Source of the DNA: Candidatus Makaraimicrobium thalassicum | Lineage (GTDB): Bacteria > Omnitrophota > Gorgyraeia > Tantalellales > Tantalellaceae | NCBI GenBank assembly: GCA_003644505.1 | Contig: QNCM01000002.1 | Location: 4,414 to 68,413, forward strand | Direction: 5' to 3' | DNA length: 64,000 nucleotides | Part shown: positions 1 through 15,000 of the stretch, piece by piece | How positions within the stretch are numbered: position 1 is the first letter of the stretch | Layout: each line of letters opens with the position of its first letter | The notes under the pieces: generated by a model | Seen by the model: only the letters and a program-made list of their open reading frames with translations | Told to the model about the DNA's origin: nothing | Database searches by the model: none | Program-made: the position numbers and the translations under genes

Positions 1-3000
1 AGCATCTCTATGCTCTGGCAGGGAGTGGTATGGGCGGAACCTGATGCTTTTTCTAAACATACTCTCCAGCCCCAGACGTTATTTACCCGGCCCGGCCTGC
101 AGGACACCTTTCTCATGCTCGCGAGCGGCTATCTCGGGGTTTATCTCAACGGCATAGAAAACGATCCCCGCAACCAGAATGTCGCGAGGATAAGATCTCT
201 GGTCAATTCCGCATTAGCGCAAATACGGGATTCGGAAGATATCCCCCCTGAATTCAAGAAAACGATCCCGCATAACGTAAAATTGCGTCAGCAAAAATCC
301 GCGGTCATAATGGATATGGGTCAGTATAAGATCCGGTATTTTAACCACCGGATCCCCGGGAGCGAGATCCCTTCGACGGAAGAGTCCGGCATTTCTTATG
401 AGGTGCTCCAAACCTATGTCGGTCGGTATCTTTCCAGACAGATCCTTATTCAGAAAGCGTTGTCATCGCCGCCCCACTCTGATGTTTCAGGAAAAGCTGT
501 TGTTGGAACCACGCCTGAACCGGAGGAGATACCGGAGGAGATAGTTGAAACGGTTCAAGAACCGGAAGGGGACTTATCAAAAAGCCCTGAAGATTCGGAA
601 GCATTAAGAGAGATATCAGATAAAAAATGGAAGCGTGCGTTGCGCTGGAACGGTATTTATCTGGCATGTTATTGCTTTATCCAATTAGGAATTATTTTAT
701 CGGGCTGGGCTGGCGCTGAGATAGTTTCTCAGCCAGTCCTTGGATCCAGCGAGGGATATATCAGTGGAGCCTTGGCGCTTACTTCCCTTGGTCTATGGAT
801 GTGGGCGCGTTCTTATCACCCCTGGAGGGAAACTGCCGGGGTGACTCCTCAAATTCTGGTTGTGAGCGGGCCCTACAGGTATTTAAGGCATCCTGTTTAT
901 TCGGCGATGCTCATGATTTCGGCGAGTTGCAGTGTGTTTGTGTATGGTCAGCTCGGCATTATAGTGTCAGCTCCGCTGTTTGTTCTTAACGGCGTTGTTT
1001 TTGTATTATTCAACTCTCTCGCGCGTTCCGAAGAAGAAGAACTGACTGTCCGGTTCGGGGAAGAATATCGCCGGATCCTCCGGCGCACTTATAGCTGGCT
1101 GCCAAGGCTGTTTCCTCAGGCGCATCCGGGATCTGGCCCGTCGGCAGGGACGGGGTATTCCGAAAAAGACTTTATTTCTGATGATGAGAAGAAAGAGAGA
1201 GGGGCAGGGGAACAGCGGACAGGCCGGATCGAAAAATTTGATCTTGTATCCGGCCTGAAAGAACTTTCCGGATCGGTCGCAAATCTGTTACAGGAGAAAG
1301 AGCTCGTTGTTATTGCCATGACCGGTAATCGCGGGGCAGGGAAGACGACCGTTTCAAAGTTACTGGGACAGGGTTTTGCCGGCGCGCGCAAGGAAGAGAT
1401 ACTTGTTATAGAGCAGGATGCTATACACAACTTGCGGAAGATCGCGGAAGAGAGGCAGGAGGTATTTAATGACGGGGTCAAACGGGATGGGGCGGGAAAG
1501 AAGATAATAATCGTCGAAGGATTCTACGCTTCCGAGAATTTCGGTCCGAAAAGCGTCCTCAAAACTCCGGATGTGCTCGTAATTTTAGAGGCTGATGAAA
1601 AAATACGCCAGAGGCGGGTCGCCGAAAGAATAGGCAGCAAAGCGTGGCTGGCTCAGCTCGCTACAGTGATAATGGACGGCGATAAAGAACCCGTTTACCC
1701 CGAGGCTGAGTATCAATTGAACATAACAAACAATATACCACTGCAGATCATAAAGGATGATATTGAGAATGTCCTGAGGCCCGGGTGGGCAAAAAAGGAC
1801 GTTTCCGTTTCAGAGCCTGAGGACAGGTGGTACTCTATTTTTCCCAAGATATATAAAAAATTATCAGGATTGATACGAAGGAACCTGATGCCCCTGTATG
1901 CAGAGGCGGATTATGCCATAGAGTATCTGGAAAAATATGGCTGGTCTGTTCCCGCGTTCTCAAATCCGGCGTCTGTTTCTTCTGCTGAACATGGTCTTGT
2001 TTTATTATCCCTGGCCCTGTGCGCGGGCGCCATAAAGACGGTCGGCAGAAGGCCGCAGCTGGAGAAGGCGAGAAGGCTGTTAAATGAACAAAAATATGAC
2101 GAGGTCAAACAGATATGCGGCCGGCTCAGGGAACCCCTGAAAAGAAAGAAAAATAAAGAGGATTACGTGGAATGCCTTAATCTTCTGGGGTTCGCTTATA
2201 ACGGGAATAAAGAGTTTTCCAAAGCAGGCGAGATTTTTAAAGAAGCGATCGCAGAGGGGGTAAAGGCCCGCGTCGGACAGGCGACAATAAGTATTTTCTT
2301 CAGGCAAAACATATACAGTAAGGCGATGAGTCTCTTCTACGAGAAAGGGGACGTTCAGGGGGCTGTTTCAGTCCTGGAGCAGGGCAAAAAGGATATGCCT
2401 TACGATACTACATTGTCTTCCCTGCTGGGTGAGATGTATTACGAGGCGGGGGATATGGCTTCCGCGGAAGAGATACTCCTCAAAGTACTGGATGAGTTGC
2501 CCGAAGATGAGAAGGATCAGAGAGGGGTCGCTTATTACAGACTGGGGATGGTCTCCTTAGAAAACGGGGACGTTCGGCAGGCAGAGGAAAGGTTTTATCT
2601 GGCGCTTGAGAGGCGGCCTGATTCCGCTGACGTCTATCACATGCTGGGCTGGTGCGAGTCCATGCGGGGTGAGTATGAGGCGGCGAGAACGGAGTTCCAA
2701 AGAGCAAGGGAATTAGGTGTTTCAGCCGGGAGAACAGCACAGGGGTTTATGGTAGCCTGCATACAGGAGGAGAAATTCGGGGAGGCGATCGATGAATTAA
2801 GGCGGGCGCTGGAGGCCGACGCGGAAGATCCGAACATATACCGGTTACTACTTAATAATTTACCCGGGAAGGAAAGGTTAAAACAGGCTTTTGGCGTGAT
2901 TTTTTCCCTTTCAGACAATGAACTGTTCAAAACAGCGATGAAAGGCCTGAAGGCGTATTATCAGAACCCGAAAACGGGGGAAGACATAACGGCCGTGTTA

Positions 3001-6000
3001 GCGGAGGTCCTGCGGGAGCTGCGGGGCTCTGCGGATGATGTTGTGGCTTCAAGGGCCTCTTCAGCCTGCGCGGAATTAGACGCGGGTTTATCCGACAGGC
3101 TTGCCATCCTGGCTATTGAGGCGGCGAATAAAGGGGATCTGGCCGCGGCTGAGAGGTACTTTGATAAAGCCGAAGGATCGGATCCGCGGAATGTCAATGT
3201 TCTTCATCCCCTCGGCGATTTTTTGATCAGCATAGAAAGATACGAAGAAGGTATCAAAAGGCTGGAACAGGCGAAGGGCCTTATAGAAGATGTCAATACG
3301 CCTTACGGCCTGGATCTGGTCCGTGACCTTAGAGACGCGTATGTCAGATACGAAAAGAACCTTCTGAAAAATGGGAAGATCATCCAGGCAGGCTCCTTGT
3401 TCAGGAAAGCCCTGATCACAGCTATAGAGATCGACAAAAGGAAGGACAAAGAAGGGGAAGATTCCAAAGAGTTGTATGAATTCCTGATAGATTTCGTGGC
3501 TACTCTGGAGGGGTCCCCTGAAGGAATAGAACAGGGGGTCGCTGTCTTGAAAGAATTACTGCCTATAGCGGCGGAAAAGAGTTTAAGCGCGGATCTGATC
3601 AATTTCGGACTGGGTAAACTCTATTATGAAAAAAGCAAAATGGAGGAAGTTTTCGGAAATCCGGAAACTCTCGTGCATCTGGACCAAGCGGTACAGGCTA
3701 CTGGTAAAAAGGATGAATACGCGGCACTGGCAGCCTTTCATATCCGACGCCAGCGGGGATATATCTACTTAAGCAGTTATGATTATCGCAGGGCTAAACA
3801 GGATTTCGACATATGCCTCCAGCAGCAGAAGGTTTCAGAGGAGATGATGGCGCCTGTCAGGATAGTCGCCAGTGTGATCGATGAAGCATCGGGGAATCAT
3901 TCAGGCGTTATTAAAAGACTGAACGACGTTGATGAAGACCTGATTCCGGCTTCTCACCAGGTTATTCTGAACAAACTCTTAGGTGATGCTTATTACGGGA
4001 TAGGTGATCTGGACCGGGCACTGAAGTTTTACCAGGAAGCGTTATCAAAAGAGAGGACCCTTTTCAACCCGGTTATCCGGGTACGTCTGGGCAGGGTGTA
4101 TCGGGATATAGGAGAACCGGAAAAAGCCGTGGAATCGTGCGAACTCGCGCTTAAAGAAGCCATGGAGGACATGGACATGGTCCCGGCTAAAGGCCGCGAA
4201 GACATAGAAAGCTGGATACAGAACCTGGGATCGAACAGGGACAGGATCCCTGTATTTAACATACAGCCGCTGAGTGAAGTTCTTATCTCCATGGGGGCCC
4301 TGGATGTTTTTTCGGAAAAAGAGATATCCGGCAAAAGCCTCTTTGATATGGGCGTTGAATTAGGCAGGCAAGAGGTGGAAGCGAGAAAAGCTTTCAGCAA
4401 TAAAGTGCCGGATGCGGATATAGATCTCTTTGCCGGCATTAGAAAGGAAGTGCTGCTGGCGCTGGCCGGTGAAGCGCTTCAGAGTGAAAATCACGCTTTC
4501 TGGGGAGAGATCATCGAGGCGCTCGGGAAAACCGGAGGCGAAGACATAGTGGATTATCTGCTGGATAAACTGGAGCTGCCTTTCCTGAAAGGGGAGAAAG
4601 GGTTGGAGCCCTTGCAGAACTTCCTTCGCGCCCTTCTCTGGACAAGGGAGAGCCGCGCCTGGGAGCAGGTTGACCGTGTAATGGCGGGGCAGGATAAAAG
4701 ATCAAGAAAAAAGATCGCCAAGGCTATCACCAGACTGAAGAAAGAGCTCGGCAGGGACGAGGAGAGATCAAGGAAAGCGGAGGAAGCGGAGAAGGCACGG
4801 AAAGCAAGAGAAGCGGAAGAAGCCGAGAGACTGAGGAAGGAAAGAGAAGAGAAAAAAGCGGAGAAGGCACGGGAGGCGAAGGAAAAGAAAGCCAGGCAGA
4901 AGGCTTATCGCGCGGTTCCGCCGGCTGTTATGGAGATACTGGGGCCAGAACAGGTAGACGCGATCATCGATGAAGCGATACAACAGGGTGAATCGGAAGA
5001 GACAGATGTAACTCTCACGATAATGGCAGTCGACGCGTTGTCAGACAGGTATATCAAATATCACCGTTTAATAGGGGAACAGCGGGATGAATTGGCAGAG
5101 AGATTGAGACGGGAACGTATATCATTGCCGGAGTTTCTAAGGACGTTGGATGACGAGGCGCCCGCTACCGGATGGAAACAGACAGTTGAGGTTTCAGCCG
5201 GGGAGTTATATCTGGTTGAGTTCGGTACCTGGAAAAAATATGAGGGTCTTGGGTCTGAGGGTTTTGAGCCGGAAGTAATTTTAGAGGTAAGGAGCCCGGA
5301 GATAGACAGGGAATCTTTGAGCGCATATCAGGAACGTCTTAAAGAAGCCCTTGTTGAGAGCGGGATCTACCGGAGATGGAGCGAAGCTGAGCTCGAAACG
5401 CTGGGCGGCAATCTTTACCCCGGGACAGAGGAAGATCAGGGAGCTTACGACGACAGGTGGGATGGGATCATGGACTTTTTTGCGGGGCTGTTCACGGAGA
5501 TATCTACCGAAATTGAAGTCAAAGAAAAGGATACGCCGACTGCGCCGGAAAAAACCACCATGAAAGCGCCCGGTTCTTTATCAATGGATGAGGATCGGCG
5601 CATCGATAAACAATATATTACGGGGCTCGTCTCAAAGGCCACGGAGAGGACATGGGAAGTCAATATTCCGGCGGCGGCGGATTATATTAACCGGCACGCC
5701 CCGCCGCTCAAGACCGCGCATGTTGAACCCGGCGGCATACGGATATTTACCGTTGACAGCCTCGGGGATAAGCTGGGCATCCCGCGGTTCAAGGGCGCGG
5801 AAAAAGCGCCTGATCTTGTTTACGCGTACGGAGTATTTGATGAAGAGGAAGATGACCTGAAGATATACGCAACCGAAGCCTATTTTGATGCGCATTTAAA
5901 AGATGATATTTTAGCTCTGGCCGAGATCATAGACCATGAATATACGGAAAATGTTCTGGGCTATTCCCACCGCGCGGCAGCGTCACGTTCCCGCAAATTC

Positions 6001-9000
6001 GTTCCAGAAGGCGGTTTCTTGAGTCCTTTCCATTATTTTTATATCAACCGGATAATAGAAGAAGGCGATTATTTATTGGCGGGATCGCTGGTTCCGGAGA
6101 GGGATGCCTCCGATGATATCGTAGAGGCCAATAAAGGGGATAAAGATGCGGCCGGGAAAATACAGTCATACGAAAAGCTGTTTTTCAGTTACCTGCGTCT
6201 CCTGGAATGGCTTAGTAAAGCGGATAAAGAAAAAAATCATGACGTACTGGCCGAATACGCGCTAAGGGCTTATAAAATACTGGAAAGATATCCGGAGATA
6301 ATATTGACCGAAGGACAAAAAGAGATATATCAAAGGATATCTCCCGAAAGGTTTTACATCCATGAATATGAAAGCGCGAAAAAGGTATCCATGCCGTTAT
6401 CTGAATTCCCGTTCGACGAATTTGAACATTACGGTGAAAACACGGTATTTTTGGGGAGCAAATTCGGTTCAAGAGGCGGGCTGTATTGTAAAGGCAAAAA
6501 GAAGCCTCTTATACGCATAACTGAGCATCCCGGCAGAAAGATAGCTTTTAACCTCAAGAACGGGGATATTTACCGCATATGGATCCTGGATGACGGGGAT
6601 AACGTGATAGATTTCCGGCAGATGGGGCAGATATACGAGACTGACGGCAGGTTCCGGAAAAGGTTTTACTATAAAATCACGCGATCACAGTTCAACGAAC
6701 TGGGAGATTGTATCATAAAGGAACACCGGCTGGATGCGGCCGGCACCTTGCATATAGGCGGCAGGGTCGTGAGATTCGGCGCGTATTACGCTAATTGCAA
6801 AGTTGAAATAAAAGTCAGGTCAGGGCAGATAGACAGCGTATGGATATTCGATGAACACGGCCTGCCGGTTAAGAAAGCTGATTTTGTTCTTATATTTGAT
6901 TGTAACGGAATTTCAAAAGCTGGCACAAATCAGATCCCTCGATTCGCTTCGCTCACTCGGGATGACAGAAAGTTGTCATCCCGAGCGAGGGAGCCGGAGG
7001 CGACCGAGTCGAGAGATCTAAGTTCTAAAAGAGGTTGGTTAAAAGGTTCTTTTTACCGTAATCTTACCCGGAATGAGCTTGAGAAACTTGATAATGTGAC
7101 TTTAAAACGGCTCAGGTTGAATTCAAGAGGCGCACGCTATCTCGGCGGCAGCAAAGACCCTGTACCGTATTTTCCCCGGCATCCAAACGCGGAAGTAGAG
7201 ATAGATATGATACAGGGACATATAGATAAAGTCAGGATACTCGGCTCTGATGGAGAGGTTGTAGAAGAACATATCTTCAAGCTGGTGTATGACGAGGAAG
7301 GCAGGATAACATGTTCGTTCCATAAGGATATGGCCGAAGATGATTTTGAAAAGATAACAGGAAGGATCACAAGGTTAAAGACCGGTGGCGGCGGCCATCT
7401 TAGAGCCGGCACTGCGGCCCTGGGCACGTTTACCGGGCACAAAAATTGCCCGGCTGAAGCGGAAATCGAACGCGGTATTCCAAAGGTGATCAGGTTTTAT
7501 GAGGACATGGAAACCCGGAAACCGGCCGGCAAACCCGTGCGGTACAGCCTTATTTACGATGCCGGAGGCAGGCTCATAGATTCGTTCAGAAAACAATATT
7601 CAAAGGCGGCGGGAGAAAGATTAAAGAAAGCCACGGTAAAGGAATTTTATCTCAATAAGGGCGCGTCTCTGAAATTCGGCGAACGGTACTGGGCGACTTT
7701 TGACAGAAAGGAATACGGCGGGCGTAAGATCGAGTTTGACGTTACTGACGGTATAGTGACAGAGGTCCGGATATTTGACAGGCAGGGGGAGAACATAGAG
7801 AAGACGTGTCCTTTTTCGCTTGTATACGAGATCGGCGGAAAAGGAAAGGAAAAACTCGTTGATAGTTTCTGGACAGCTTACGGCCCGGAGAAATTCGAAA
7901 AACTGACAAACCATGTGATTAGAACTTTGAAACTCAGCAAATATGGGGCGCTTGATATCGGAGGCAGGGTAGGAAGGAATAAGAACATGCCCCGCGCGAA
8001 GTTTCCCGGTAACCCCGGCGCTGAAGTCGTTGTATATGTGAAAGAGGGCGAAGTTATAAGAGTGACCGATATTGCCGGAGATGAGTTGGAAGGAACGTAT
8101 TTTGGCAGGGATAAAACAGGCGCAAGTGGAGAGAGTAATCTTGACCGGCGTTACGGGCAAGGCCCCCTGGCAGCCGGGACTGTTGACCGGTCTGCTTACC
8201 GTATGCCTAAAAAACCGTTTGAGATACTCAAGGAAAAAATAAAAGAGGCTGTCTCTAAAGGAGAGATCCCCGATGGAGACCATGAACGGTTCTTAAGCCA
8301 CGGACTGGCATGGACGGACAAAGGGGCAAGGGTGCATTTTATAAGAAATTCTAAGATTTATACACTTGCCATGGAAGCCATGAACACGGGTTCAGGTGCG
8401 GGTGATCAAATAAAAGATTACCATGACCTGATGGGATACATCAATCTTTATTTAAGGACGAAATATATTATTAAAAGGTTTAGAAGGGAATATAAATATG
8501 ACATCGTAAAACAGGTAATATTACGGCTTAAGGATTATCCCCGGTATATCCGTCTTCTTGAGTTTTACCGGGATCAATACGGAAAATTCGCGGGTGAGGA
8601 CAGAAAAGGAGACGAAGAGGCTCTGCTTGAGGACATGATCAGCCGTTTTGTCGCAAGCAGGGCCCTGGGCGGAGGAGCGGTTGAACTTTTGGACGAAAAG
8701 GGCATGAACAGAAGCCTGGATGATTTTTGGCCGCTTGCTTCGTGTGTTATTAAGGATGGGCTGTGGATGTTTGAGAATGAGCTTGATAAGATCAAAGATA
8801 TAATTTTTAAGGAGAACGCACAACTTAAAGATGAATATAAAACGGCAAAAGAAAAGCAGGAACGGCTTAAAAAGCGGATATTCCAGCTCTTGAACGAAGC
8901 CTCTCCTACAGTGAAACAACTGATAGAGATCATACGTATTTTAGACCCGCAAGCCGAAGCCCGTTCAAGGGCACAAGAGGACGCATCCGCGTTTGAAGGA

Positions 9001-12000
9001 TACTTAAAAGAAGATATGGTAATTATAGCCGGATATTTAAGATCATCCGGCTACGACGTTCTTGACCAGGCTGTCCTGAAAAAGGCGTTTGTTTCTCTTA
9101 AAGGTAAGCTTATGGTGATAGACTCTTTTGATATGTTCGTAAGGGCCGTCGGAGGTCTTGACCGCAGAAATATGATCGATGCCGTTTTTGAGGGGAGCAT
9201 AAATTTTGAAAGCGCCCTTGTTTCCCATATGCGTGGTTTGAACGGAACAAGAAATATGGGAAGCAGGCTGAGGAGTTTGACTGCAGCCAGCGGCCTGTCT
9301 TCAGATCAGGCAGCGGAAGAGATCGGTTGTTCGCCTTCTACGATGCGTGCATGGAGAACTGATGAAAGTGACCCTTTACCCGGATATCCGCCTAAAATAG
9401 CGGACGTGTTCAGCAGGCGATTGGGCGAGCCGGTATCGACTTCACTGCTGGTATACGGCCAACCCCTGAACGATGTGTTGCAAAAGACGGCTACTTTTGG
9501 CGAACGGCTGTTCATACTGGCACGGCTTTCCGGCCTGGATGCGGATGAAACAGGCAAAATGATCGGACGTGACGGTCAGACTATAGGATCGTGGACGCGC
9601 GAGTTTAATACACCGCAGCAAGAACTGGATTATCTTAAATTAGCCGGGATATTCAGTAAACGTTTAAAAGAGAAGATCGAGGTTACGACCCTGATGTCCG
9701 GAATAAGCCTGGATGAATTTCTGTGCAGCGAGAAAGTAAAGGCTCCGAATGGCGGCGGGGAGATCCAGGTTACTCCGGGGCTCAGGATCAGGGTTTTAAG
9801 GTTGTCATGCGGCCTTACGACGACGGAGCTTGCCGAGAAGGCCGGTGTCCCGCACGGGACGAGAAGCCTGGTGAATAAATGGGAAAGAGAAGGAGTATTA
9901 CCCCGGGTAGATCGTTTATTAAAACTGAGCAGGATCTTTGGAAAAGTAAAAAAAGATATAGAGGTTACGCATATACTTTATGGGAAGTCTCTTGTCAAGT
10001 TTTTATCAAAGTCGGACAGTTTCGGGGAAAGGGTGGAATCCATAAGACTGGCTTTAGGATTGGAACTAAAGCAGATGGCGGAAGCGATGGGGATTCACCT
10101 TGCTACTTTACGTGTGTGGAGAAAAAGGGTGGATCCTCCCGCAAACGACAAGCCGATAACATTATTAGATGTGTATCACAGGGAAACCGGTAAATATCTG
10201 GATGGATGCCTGCTTTTTTACGGAAAGACCTTGAATACGCTTTTGGACGAACTTGACAGGTCAAAAGCTCCTGAGATCATCAAATATTTCAGGATCTCCG
10301 CGGGATTGAGCAGAAAAGAAGTAAGTGATAAATTAGGCGTTGATGAGAACACCGTATGGCAGTGGGAATCGGGGGTAACACTGCCTCATAGAAGCAACAT
10401 GGTTGCTTTAACCGGAATGTTCAAAGAACTTTTTGCCTCCAGGGATAATGGTATAAGCGTAAGGATAGTAGCTGAGCATCTTGTGCCGTTATTGTTAATT
10501 CCGCCTGGACATACTGATAGGGGCCCGGCGCTTTTTGTCGATCCGGCAACCGGGGACGTAAGAGCGTTGAAAGGGGAGCCCGATGCCCCCGGCATGATAT
10601 CAGAGCATAAAGCGATCAACCTGGTATGTGACGAACTGGTGTTCAAACGGCAGAGGCCGCCGCTGGCCGCGGGAGATCCCCTGTATGATTTTGTCAGTGA
10701 AGTCGCTCCTGAAACGGACATATATGTTATAGATGACGCCGCGCTCAAACAGGGATTAGAGAAACTTGCCAGAAAAAATAATCAGCCCGGCCTTGCCGGG
10801 CTCGCGGGAGGCCTTATAACCCATGCCGGCACCTGGCGTGACCCTGAGACGGGCCGGATCAGGGCCTTAAATATGTTTATCCCGGCATCCGTTTATGAGC
10901 TTCTGCTGGGATTCCTGCAAAGAAGGCACCTGATGGAACAGGTCGTCCCGTTACTTGGGTTCTGGAGAGCTCACGAAATAGGGCATCTTATAGACCGCGA
11001 ATACGATCTTGACGATGAGCTGCCCGAAGGTGCAGAAGACATGGCAAGGCTCATACTTCTATTGAGTAAAGCACAATGGGCTATGGAAAAGGGCAGGCTG
11101 AAGCAGGCACAGAAATATGCGGATACAGCCCTGGAGCTTCACCCCGGGTTCGATTTCACGCTTGATCTACGGTTGCGTATAGAGGAGAGCGGCTACGGGA
11201 TGTCAGGCGTTAGAGTGAGCATGATGGCCGTTCTAGACGCAAATATGCGGGATAAAGCGATGATAATAAGGCGCCATCCACCGGAAGATAATGTCCTGGA
11301 TACACTCGCGGGTAAGGCAGGAAAGGATTCAAAACGTCTTTCCCAGGTTATACAGGTCATATTGCAGCAAGCATTCGAAACGATCAAGAGGGGTGGTCCG
11401 GCTCTGGCGGAGTTTTTAGATGATCTGAAGATAAGAGGAGCCGGGATAGAGCAGGGTTTGTCGGATCCGGAAGAAGAGATCGCATTAGAGAGGGGTATAG
11501 CAGAGGGGGGAATGCAGGATATCGGGGATTATGTTGTCCTGCCTGTTGTGTGCAGGTATATAACACGCGCGCTGGAACAGAGTCCGAAACTGACATGGCA
11601 GATGAGCGTTGTCGAGAAATTGATGGATCTGGCAGGGAAAGGAAGAATAGGAAGTAAAACAGAAGTCTATCATGAGGAATCCGGGTACCGCACCAGTCTC
11701 CTATCCTATATATATTATCTCGGAGCGCGGGCGTACATGGCCGCGAACCTTAACAAGGCAGTGATGTACTTCGAAAAATCGACGCAGCAGGACAGGCCTA
11801 TGCCCGTATCATTTACAGGGCTTGCTCTTTCCCTCGTTGAGAGCGACAGGACAGAGGGGTCTTTTGAACGGGCGTATCAGGTGTTGGGCCAGGCCAGGGA
11901 CAATTTCGGAGATCTGGCTGTTATCGCTGAGGCAGAGGGTATCCTGCACGCGGAGCAGGAAAAGACGGCCCTGGCGTTGAGAGAAGCGCGTGAACTCTTT

Positions 12001-15000
12001 AAGAGCGGTAATTATGTCGCCTGCAGACAGAGGATAGAAGAAGAGACAAAGAGGCTGCATAGCACATCTCTTTTCCCTTCTTTCAAGAAATTCGAGGGAA
12101 AAGGAGGATTAGGCAGACTGGTGAGCGGCCGCACGGGCAGTGCCGCGGTCAGCCCGCTTCTGACAGAGTTAAACGCAAGGAATGAAACTCTCCTCAGGCT
12201 GAAATACAGAGCAAGACAGAATTTAAGTATGGGAGATTATGACCAGGCGGAAAGGCGTTTCAGGGAGGTACTGGACCAGAACCCTTCAGACAGTGAGATT
12301 GAACAGCTGTTGCTGGATATCTCGCGCAAGAGAGAAGAGGCACAGGAAAAAAGGACAGCGGAGGAACTGGGGCTTTTTGCTGAGTGCCTGAAAAAGGCCG
12401 AAGGACAACTGTCCTCCGGGGACCGGGAGGTATCTGACGGCCGGCTGGAAAGCGCCGAAGAGTATTATAAAAAGGCCCTGCTTGAGCTTGAACGCGCCCC
12501 GCAGGTTGAGATGTCCGCTGTGCGGGTTGATGAAAAGATGAGGGAAGCGATCCGGAGAATAGACAGTATCGGGAAGGAAATAGCCGAAAAGATAAGAGAT
12601 ATACAAGCCGAAAGGCAAAGCCGGGCAGGGGAAACCGGAGTGATCTTTTCCGGTGATGTTGCCGGCGCATTCGACAAAGCGCTTTACCCCCCGGAGGGAA
12701 AGATTACAGTGCCGCCCATACCGGGGAGCGCTCAAAGGATCATACTGGAGGCTGTCAGGAAGGTATCAGAAGGTGACGAAAGGGATGTCAGGGACATACC
12801 CAGCCGCGGGGATGTATGGGTATGCCTCGCCGGCATCTACAGGATAGTTTTTACCCTTACCGACAGCGGGGATATATTTGTTGTCTGGGTCGGCAGCAAG
12901 GACACGGCAAAATACAAAAAAGTGCTCGCGCCTCTTCCCGAAGGCTTTGACCCCGAAAAAATGCTGGACCGGGCCGTGAGAATAGAGGACATTGGATCAG
13001 GCGCGCCAGCCCGGCCTGTTCGCGCTCAAGCAAAGAACAAACCCGGCGGCCCGGCGCTTTTTGTCGATCCGGTGACCCGGCAGATGAGGGCATTGAAGGA
13101 TGAACCCGATGCCGCCGGTATGATATCAGAGCACGAAGCGGTTAACATGGTATGTGACGAACTGGTGTTCAAACAGAAGAGACAGCCGCTGTCCGCGGGA
13201 GATCCCTTGTATGATTTTTTCAGTGAGCTCGTTCCTGATACGGACATATACGTGATTGATGATGCCGCGCTCAAACAGGCATTAGAGAGACTTGCGAAAA
13301 AGAACAGTCAACCCGGCCTCGCCAGTCTCGCAGAAGGCCTTATAACCCATGTCGGCACCTGGCGCGACCCTGCCACGGGCCGACAGAGGGCCCAGAACAT
13401 GTTTATACCGGATTCTGTCTACGGATTTTTGGTGAAGCTTCTGAAAAAAAGGGACTGGTTCCCGGATGCCGGTATACTGCTTGAATTCTGGAGGCTTCAC
13501 GAGAGAATACATTTTTTGTTACGGGAAATTGATATTGACGGGATGATAGCTTCCGGGGAATCGCAGGAAATGGCGGAACTTGTTCTTCTGCTGAGCAGGG
13601 CGGAACGCGCGCTGGAGAAAGGCATGCTGGAAGAGGCTTCGGAATACGCGAAAAAGGCCATTGAGGTCAACACGAACCTTGCGGTTACGCTTGAATTAAA
13701 TGGGCGCATAAGTGAGGTCAGGAAAGACTGGGACGAGGCATTTCAGGATTATTTGATAGCCCTGGCAGCGGCAAATTTACAGAGCAAAGAGATAACCATA
13801 GGGCATCCGCTGGAGAGCAGGGTGCTGAATATGCTTAAAAAAATTACCACAGCCAGCCCCAAGAAAGTCTTCAGGGGCGTCATGGATCAAGTAGAGTTCC
13901 TGAAAAGTCTGGGGCAGACTTCTCCGGTATCAGATGAAGACAGGGAAAGACATATAATCACTTATTTCGGCATTCTGCCTGTCACGTGCAGATACGCGAC
14001 CCCGCCATTACAGATAAAGCCGGCTCAATGGGATCTGACGATGACACGGTTCCAGGTAGCCGTTGCTGACAGGTTATTGGAACTGCTCAAAGAAGGAAAG
14101 ATCGTTGATCCGATGGACGGCGGGGAATCCGGCAGGCTTTTATCTTACATTTATTATCTTGCCGGCGAAGCGAGCCGGTCGGCAGGGGATATTGATCAGG
14201 CTGTCGCGTATTTCAGGGAATCGGTCCGTTATGATGAGCCCTTTTCAAGGTCGCCGGCGGCACTGGCTGTTTCTCTGGCGCACAGGGACGGGACCCCGGG
14301 ATCTGTTGAAGAGGCATATCAGGTCCTTTCCTCGGCCGAGGAACAATTCGGCCCCCTGGATGTGTTCAGTTCGGCGAGAGAATACGTCCGGGAAACGGAA
14401 GAATGGATCCTGGTTCATGAAGAGGCCCTTGAACTGTTCAGGCGGTGCGATTATGAGGCTTGCCAACGCTGTATAACAGAGGCGAGGAGAAAGAAAGGCG
14501 AAACAGCCCTCCCTGCTCCTTTGAGCGTTTCTTTGGAAAACCTGCGGAAAAGCGCCCGTTTAGCGGACAGGTTAAAGAACAGGGGGATAGAAAGTTTCAA
14601 GAATCAGGATTATATGGCGGCTGAGAAGTGTTTTGAAGCGGTATTAGAGGAGAACCCTGCTGATGAGGAAGTGATGGGATTACGCGCCCGGATCCGGGAA
14701 ATCAAAGAGGAAAGACAAAAGAAAACAACGGCTGCGGATACCGCGGATAAACGTGATCAGGCAACGGAAAAATGCTACCTTGCGGTGCAAAAATTCCGTC
14801 TTATTGCCGAAAGGCAGGAAAATGCCGGACGGTTAAGCAGGGCCAGTAAGAATTACAGAAAGGCACTGGCCGAGCTTGAAGAAGTGCCGCCTTTTTATAC
14901 CGCAATCGGACAGATTCGGAGGCAAATAGAAAAGAAACTGGCCGCCATAAAGGGCCTGCCCGATAAAACGGTAAGGAAAGGCGAAAAATCCGGACCGCAA

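Noticed and set aside
10386-13274. Paired minus-strand ORFs beginning MSAASSITYMSVSG (10386-10748 and 13026-13274)
   Set aside because: Same reasoning: they mirror the B1/B2 duplicated nucleotide island and are antisense to the giant CDS.
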